From Chloroflexota bacterium (GTDB lineage: Bacteria; Chloroflexota; Anaerolineae; B4-G1; SLSP01): 38,675 bases of DNA. Shown piece by piece: positions 34,370 to 38,675 of this stretch; positions within the stretch are counted from its first letter, which is position 1, and every line of letters begins with the position of its first letter. The stretch lies in the NCBI GenBank assembly GCA_022707725.1, contig JAKJAB010000002.1, positions 1 to 38,675 of the forward strand, given 5' to 3'. The notes under the pieces are model-generated. The model did not search any database. It was not told the origin of the DNA and was given only the letters and a program-made list of their open reading frames with translations. The position numbers and the translations under genes are program-made.

Positions 34370-34446
34370 GAAATGGGAAATGGGAAATGGCAAATGGTGA
34401 ATGGCAAATGGTGAATGGCAAATGGTGAATGGTGAATGGCAAATGG
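34363..34446 (+). repeat. tandem heptamer array NRAATGG x12 immediately after the ATL stop
   Basis: GGAATAG GAAATGG x3 CAAATGG TGAATGG CAAATGG TGAATGG CAAATGG TGAATGG TGAATGG CAAATGG. Higher-order 14-mer (CAAATGGTGAATGG) x3 at 34391-34432. Confidence 0.95.
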
Positions 34447-34456
34447 CAAAAGAAAG

Positions 34457-34485
34457 TTGACGTTTTAGCCAGTTTGCTCTATGAT
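34457..34485 (+). promoter_or_regulatory. sigma70-like promoter driving the 34.5-kb non-coding leader
   Basis: TTGACG (34457-62), 17-nt spacer, TATGAT (34480-85). Confidence 0.5.
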
Positions 34486-34509
34486 TGAAAATGCATCCAC
34501 AAAATGCTT

Positions 34510-34558
34510 GCGCCGGATCATAATCCGGCGCTGCAAGGATGGCGGATTGTGATCCGCC
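34510..34558 (+). promoter_or_regulatory. two-hairpin leader motif, copy B
   Basis: GCGCCGGAT-CATA-ATCCGGCGC (34510-31) and GGCGGAT-TGTG-ATCCGCC (34541-58). Both hairpins are identical to copy A, and similarity continues to an AAGGAG-ATG at 34586-34599. Confidence 0.6.
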
Positions 34559-34585
34559 TTAAGTGTTGAAATAGGATAATTTACC

Positions 34586-34713
34586 AAGGAGTTTCCATGT
34601 GGAACTCCACACCAACGAGGACGAAAATAAAACTTTCCGTGTATTCTGTGTATTCCGTGGTTTATTTTCGAAGGAGTCTCCATGTGGGATTCCACACCAA
34701 CGAGTGACGAAAA
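34586..34713 (+). repeat. direct duplication of a ~42-nt SD-ATG module
   Basis: Unit 1 (34586-34627) is AAGGAGTTTCCATGTGGAACTCCACACCAACGAGGACGAAAA. Unit 2 (34671-34713) is AAGGAGTCTCCATGTGGGATTCCACACCAACGAGTGACGAAAA. Identity is ~90% with a 1-nt indel. Confidence 0.85.
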
Positions 34714-34719
34714 GGATTT

Positions 34720-34790
34720 CCTCAACGGATTCAACGGAATCTAACGGATATTTTTCCGTTTAATCCGTTCGATCCGTTGAGGCCATTTTT
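34720..34790 (+). terminator. 9-mer-word hairpin plus T-tract directly upstream of the epimerase RBS
   Basis: Left arm words are ctcaacggat tcaacggaa tctaacgga; inverted words are tccgttt aatccgttc gatccgttgag. This gives a ~27-bp imperfect stem (34720-34782) followed by CCATTTTT, then AAGGAGG and GTG 34803. Confidence 0.65.
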
Positions 34791-34802
34791 AAGGAGGGCC
34801 TT

Positions 34803-35729
34803 GTGCGAATTTTGGTCACGGGTGGGGCAGGTTTTCTGGGGAGCGCGCTGGCGAATGCTTTAGCGCGCCAGGGCCACGAAGTGTTGGTATTGGACGATCT
34901 CAGCGCCGGGGATCAAACGCGGCTGGATGCGAAGGTGTTTTTTCATCGCGGGGAGATCACCAACCGGCCCAAGCTCTGGACGCTCTTGCAGGGCGTGCAG
35001 TGCGTCTATCATCTCGCCGCGCGCGTACTGGTGGCGGAATCGATCCTCTATCCGCGCGAATACAACGACGTGAACGTCGGCGGCACCGTCGCGCTGTTGG
35101 AGGCGATGCGCGACGTGGGTGTCCCGCGTCTGGTCTTCACTTCGTCGGGCGCGGTCTACGGAGCGCAGGAAACGCAGCCGGTGTCCGAAACGACCACGCC
35201 CAACCCACAATCCCCCTACGCGGTGAGCAAACTCGCGGCGGAATACTACGTCCACACGATTGGCGCGCTCTGGGGGACGACGACCGTGGCCTTGCGGATC
35301 TTCAACGCTTACGGCCCAGGACAGCCATTGCTGCCTTCGCACTCACCGGTCGTTTCGCGGTTCATCTACCAGGCGTTGGGCGGCGGCTCGCTGGTGATCT
35401 TCGGCAGCGGCGAGCAGACGCGCGATTTCGTCTACGTCGATGACGTGGTGCGCGCGCTCGTCGCCGCAGCGACCGCGCCCGACGTTGCCCGCCGCACGAT
35501 CAACGTTGGCAGCGGCGAGGACACCGCGATCCAAATGCTGGCCCAACACGTGCTCACCCTGACCGGCTCTTCCAGCAACATCATCAACAGCCCGGTGGAG
35601 AGCGGCGGCGTGACCCGCCTGCGCGCCGATGTGCGTCTGGCGCGCCAAATTCTGGGCTACGAACCCAAAGTCACATTGCAGGAGGGCCTGCGGCGCACAC
35701 TAGCCGAAGACCCACGTTTCCAAAAGTAG
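34803..35729 (+). CDS. NAD-dependent epimerase/dehydratase (extended SDR, UDP-glucose 4-epimerase-like)
   Basis: ILVTGGAGFLGSAL (Rossmann), SSGAVYG and YAVSKLAAE (YxxxK). GTG start with AAGGAGG 5 nt upstream. Confidence 0.9.
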   Translation: MRILVTGGAGFLGSALANALARQGHEVLVLDDLSAGDQTRLDAKVFFHRGEITNRPKLWTLLQGVQCVYHLAARVLVAESILYPREYNDVNVGGTVALLEAMRDVGVPRLVFTSSGAVYGAQETQPVSETTTPNPQSPYAVSKLAAEYYVHTIGALWGTTTVALRIFNAYGPGQPLLPSHSPVVSRFIYQALGGGSLVIFGSGEQTRDFVYVDDVVRALVAAATAPDVARRTINVGSGEDTAIQMLAQHVLTLTGSSSNIINSPVESGGVTRLRADVRLARQILGYEPKVTLQEGLRRTLAEDPRFQK

Positions 35730-35803
35730 CGAGTCAAGAGTAGCGAGTAGCGAACTATGAATCTTGCAACTCTTGACTCATAACTCGCAACTCTTAAGTC
35801 AAG
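35726..35803. repeat. inverted heptamer array / alternative hairpins between epimerase and ssnA
   Basis: GTAGCGA GTCAAGA GTAGCGA GTAGCGA ... AACTCTT GACTCAT AACTCGC AACTCTT AAGTCAA. GAGTCAAGAGT (35731-41) pairs with ACTCTTGACTC (35769-79). CTTGACT (35773-79) can alternatively pair with AGTCAAG (35797-803), which abuts the GGGAGG RBS. Confidence 0.8.
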
Positions 35804-35812
35804 GGAGGCTTT

Positions 35813-37144
35813 ATGTTAATCACACACGCTTGCATTGCCACGCTTGGTGATGAGCCACAGTTGCTCGAGGATGGCGCGATGCTCATTCGCGATGGGAAGA
35901 TCGCGGCGCTGGATACGACGATGGCGTTGGCGACGCAGTACCCGCACGAGGAACGTCTGGATGCCGGTGGGCAGCTCGCGCTGCCGGCGATGCTGTGCGG
36001 GCACACGCACTTCTACGGCGCGTTTGCGCGCGGTTGGGCCTATCCCGGCCCACCGGCGACGCGCTTCGGCGAAATCCTCGAACGGTTGTGGTGGCGACTC
36101 GACAAGGCGCTGACGATGGACGACGTCCGGTATTCCGCGTTGGTGTGTCTGGTCGACGCCATCCGCCACGGCGCGACGACGCTCATCGATCACCACGCCA
36201 GCCCCAACGCCATCGAAGGCTCGCTCGATATACTGGCCGAAGCGGTAGCGCAGTCCGGCATCCGCGCCTCGCTGTGCTACGAAGTGACCGACCGCGACGG
36301 CCCCGCGCGCGCGGCGGCGGGCATCGCGGAGAACGCGCGCTTCCTGCGACGGATGCGCGCCGAACCGCATCCACAGTTGGCGGCCTCGTTTGGGCTGCAC
36401 GCCTCGCTGACGTTGAGCGATGCGACGCTGTCCGACGTCGTTGCCGCCGCTGCCGGACTCGAAACCGGCTTCCACATCCACGCGGCGGAAGGCATCGAGG
36501 ACGTGGAGGACAGCCTGGCGAAGTCCGGCCAGCGCGTCATCCATCGGCTGCACGACGCGGACATCCTCGGCCCACGCTCCATCGTCGCGCACGCCGTCCA
36601 TGTCGATGAAAGCGAGATGGACGTGTTGGCGGAAACCGGCACGTGGGTCACCCACCAACCTCGTTCGAATATGAACAACGCCGTCGGCTTCGCGCAGGTG
36701 GAGGCGATGCTGGCGCGCGGCGTGCGGATCGCGTTGGGCAACGACGGCTTCAGCAACAACATGGTCGCCGAGATGAAGATGGCCTATCTCGGCCACAAGC
36801 TGGCGCAGCGCGATCCACGAGCGATGCCCGCCGACCTCGTCTTCCGCCTGGCCTACGACGCCAACGCCAAACTGGCGCGCCTCTTCTGGCCCGCGCAAAC
36901 GCTGGGCGTGCTCGCGCCCGGCGCGATGGCCGACCTCATTCTGGTGGACTACAAGCCAACGACACCGCTGACTGCGGGCAATCTACCGTGGCACATCCTC
37001 TTCGGCTACGAAGCCTCTGCCATCACCACCACGATCAGCGCCGGGCGTGTGCTGATGCAGGATCGCCGCCTGCTGACGTTGGATGAAGAGGCCATCACCG
37101 CCCGCTCGCGCGAACTGGCTGCGGCGGTATGGGCGCGAGTTTGA
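35813..37144 (+). CDS. ssnA: SsnA-type putative aminohydrolase (amidohydrolase superfamily, chlorohydrolase-like)
   Basis: Collinear with E. coli SsnA as I recall it: [69 protein letters not shown]. Confidence 0.85.
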   Translation: MLITHACIATLGDEPQLLEDGAMLIRDGKIAALDTTMALATQYPHEERLDAGGQLALPAMLCGHTHFYGAFARGWAYPGPPATRFGEILERLWWRLDKALTMDDVRYSALVCLVDAIRHGATTLIDHHASPNAIEGSLDILAEAVAQSGIRASLCYEVTDRDGPARAAAGIAENARFLRRMRAEPHPQLAASFGLHASLTLSDATLSDVVAAAAGLETGFHIHAAEGIEDVEDSLAKSGQRVIHRLHDADILGPRSIVAHAVHVDESEMDVLAETGTWVTHQPRSNMNNAVGFAQVEAMLARGVRIALGNDGFSNNMVAEMKMAYLGHKLAQRDPRAMPADLVFRLAYDANAKLARLFWPAQTLGVLAPGAMADLILVDYKPTTPLTAGNLPWHILFGYEASAITTTISAGRVLMQDRRLLTLDEEAITARSRELAAAVWARV

Positions 37145-37175
37145 GCTTTGGAATATAACGTTTATCACTATCTTC

Positions 37176-37203
37176 TTGTTCGTTAGTTATGTTATGCTAG
37201 AAT
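37176..37203 (+). promoter_or_regulatory. promoter-like element placing the TSS at or next to the trmD ATG
   Basis: TTGTTC (37176-81), 16-nt spacer, TGC-TAGAAT (extended -10; TAGAAT at 37198-203). Only 8 nt separate the -10 from ATG 37212, and there is no SD. Confidence 0.4.
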
Positions 37204-37211
37204 ACAGTCAG

Positions 37212-37961
37212 ATGCGGATCGACATTCTTACGCTATTTCCAACGATGTTCTGCGGAGCGCTGCAAGAGAGCATTCTCAAGCGCGCTCAACAACGTGGACT
37301 CCTGCACCTGGTCATCCATCAGATCCGCGATTACGCGCTGGACCGGCATCAGATGACGGACGACCTGCCTTATGGCGGGGGCGTGGGTATGATTATGAAG
37401 CCCGAGCCGGTTTTCCGCGCCGTGCGCACGGTGTTGGGCGGGACACAAGCGCCGGTGATTCTGTTGACCCCACAAGGGCGGACGTTCACCCATGCAGTGG
37501 CCCAGGAACTGGCTCAACATCCCCGATTGATGCTGATTTGCGGTCATTACGAAGGCGTCGACGAGCGCGTGCGCGAGCGCCTGATCATCGATGAACTTTC
37601 GATTGGCGATTACGTGTTGACCGGCGGCGAGCTGGCGGCGATGGTGGTGGTGGATGCCGTCGCGCGTTTCGTGCCGGGCGTGTTGGGGGCCGCCGAGGGC
37701 GCGCACGACGATTCCTACGCCGGCGGCCTGTTGGAAGGCCCGCAGTACACACGCCCCCCGGTTTTCGAAGGTCGGCAGGTTCCGGAAGTTTTGTTGTCGG
37801 GCGATCATGCCCGGATTGCGCGATGGAAGCGTGCGATGGCGTTGCAGCGGACGTTGGTGCGGCGTCCCGATCTTTTGGAAGCTGCATCCTTGAGCGCCGA
37901 GGATGAGGCGCTCTTGCGGGAATTTCGTCGCACTTTAGGTGAACCCGATGGCGTGGAGTGA
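37212..37961 (+). CDS. trmD: tRNA (guanine37-N1)-methyltransferase
   Basis: From Met44 of the tracked ORF: [13 protein letters not shown]..., [71 protein letters not shown]-like. Confidence 0.93.
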   Translation: MRIDILTLFPTMFCGALQESILKRAQQRGLLHLVIHQIRDYALDRHQMTDDLPYGGGVGMIMKPEPVFRAVRTVLGGTQAPVILLTPQGRTFTHAVAQELAQHPRLMLICGHYEGVDERVRERLIIDELSIGDYVLTGGELAAMVVVDAVARFVPGVLGAAEGAHDDSYAGGLLEGPQYTRPPVFEGRQVPEVLLSGDHARIARWKRAMALQRTLVRRPDLLEAASLSAEDEALLREFRRTLGEPDGVE

Positions 37962-38589
37962 AGTATATTTATGTAGAGCGTGCGATAAGGGCAAGGCGGG
38001 CGGCCCTCCCTCAGACGTTGAGTCGGGGCTGATCTGGCGATTGCAACGTGGGGACTCCACGGCGTTGGGTGAGCTTTACGAGTTGTTCAAAGACAACGTC
38101 TACCGCACCGCATTGGCCATCACCCGCGATGAACATACCGCAGAAGATATTCTTCAGGAATCTTTTGTGCGTTTATATCGCTATGCCGCATCCGTTGATG
38201 CTGAGCGTCCGCTCAAACCCTGGCTTTACCGGGTTGCGGTCAATCTATCGTACGATTGGTTCTCGAAAAAGCGGGTGCTGCAGCCTCTGGATGATGTGCT
38301 GGAATGGCTATCCGGTCTGTCGAATGTTTTCCCATCGCCCGATCATAAGGCCGAGGAGCGGGAATTGCATAGCATGGTCCGCGATGTGATCGCGGAATTG
38401 CCGGTGTCTCATCAAGTTGTTGTCGTTCTTTTCTATCTGGAAAATTTGCCACTCGAGGAAGTGGCTGAGGTAGTGGAATTGCCGGTTGGGACGGTGAAGT
38501 CCCGGCTGCATTATGCGCGCAAGCGTTTGCGCGATGCCCTGGCGCAACGCCAGCGGCCTGTACCTGAGATGGCGTATGAATTCACGTGA
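37948..38589 (+). CDS. ECF-type RNA polymerase sigma factor (sigma-70 regions 2 and 4)
   Basis: Region 2: [35 protein letters not shown]...[14 protein letters not shown]. Region 4: [47 protein letters not shown] 37948 overlaps the trmD end by 14 nt; the exact start is uncertain. Confidence 0.88.
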   Translation: MAWSEVYLCRACDKGKAGGPPSDVESGLIWRLQRGDSTALGELYELFKDNVYRTALAITRDEHTAEDILQESFVRLYRYAASVDAERPLKPWLYRVAVNLSYDWFSKKRVLQPLDDVLEWLSGLSNVFPSPDHKAEERELHSMVRDVIAELPVSHQVVVVLFYLENLPLEEVAEVVELPVGTVKSRLHYARKRLRDALAQRQRPVPEMAYEFT

Positions 38590-38675
38590 ATTTGACGGTA
38601 TGCTAGACGATCTGGTGCGGCAAGCCCTTTATCCTTTTGTGGAAGCCGAACCGCCGGCGCGGGTGTGGCGGCGGG
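38576..38675 (+). CDS. 5' end of a hypothetical gene overlapping the sigma-factor stop; possible anti-sigma factor (partial)
   Basis: ATG 38576 overlaps the sigma gene by 14 nt. Reads [33 protein letters not shown] and remains open to the window edge. The anti-sigma call rests on position only. Confidence 0.4.
   Translation, partial: MNSREFDGMLDDLVRQALYPFVEAEPPARVWRR

Noticed and set aside
34586-34713. Possibility that the two ~42-nt direct repeats are a degenerate mini-CRISPR array
   Set aside because: There are only two copies, they are ~90% identical with an indel, each starts with an SD-ATG, and no cas genes lie in the window. The 43-nt interval is itself repetitive (GTGTATTCY x2).
34465-34734. 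89-aa minus-strand ORF spanning the non-coding region upstream of the epimerase
   Set aside because: It runs through the conserved hairpins and the duplicated module in antisense, has no RBS, and has an implausible His/Arg/Pro-rich composition. The region's repeat and hairpin structure explains the open frame by chance.
35816-36898. 360-aa minus-strand ORF antisense to ssnA, plus the 10303..11268 + ORF antisense to the LysM-PA14 gene
   Set aside because: Same reasoning: shadow ORFs opposite genes with strong motif support.

Overview
GC-rich 38.7-kb chromosomal window carrying about 33 protein genes and no rRNA, tRNA, CRISPR array, transposase or integrase that I can recognise. Pro/Thr-rich linkers, LysM-PA14 and membrane-WD40 architectures and the gene mix suggest a Chloroflexota-like bacterium; this is inference only. 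Most genes are housekeeping or envelope functions. On the minus strand: hutI (partial), an SLT lytic transglycosylase, sbcD/mre11-like, a membrane WD40 protein, dcd, argS, an esterase, an ATP-grasp protein, LysM-PA14, a sortase/methyltransferase/phosphoglycosyl-transferase cluster, and a yajC / PP2C / P-loop-MobB / archease / rtcB string. On the plus strand: a pseudo-receiver, ychF, a GAF-HisKA_3 kinase, an aminotransferase, cpaF, an ADP-forming acyl-CoA synthetase, an SLC13 permease, an MFS transporter, an ATL (alkyltransferase-like) protein, an epimerase, ssnA, trmD and an ECF sigma factor with a possible anti-sigma start. The unexplained signals are mostly non-coding. (1) A ~94-nt leader with two perfectly conserved hairpins (CGGAT-N4-ATCCG cores) occurs twice, and the similarity runs up to an SD-ATG in both copies. 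(2) A 356-nt gene-free region upstream of the epimerase contains a promoter, that leader, a duplicated 42-nt SD-ATG module and a terminator. (3) Intergenic arrays of tandem 7-mer or 9-mer words occur either as direct arrays flanking the ATL gene or as array plus inverted array forming long hairpins. They resemble cyanobacterial STRR heptamer repeats. (4) A promoter / 33-codon sORF / terminator leader precedes the aminotransferase. On the coding side, two arrangements stand out. One is an rtcB-archease cassette extended by a PP2C phosphatase and a double P-loop (kinase-like + MobB) protein. The other is an ATP-grasp/esterase pair translationally coupled to an ArgRS whose HIGH motif reads TIGS. 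All calls come from reading the sequence and the ORF track; no database search was possible, and start codons were chosen from SD and Met positions.
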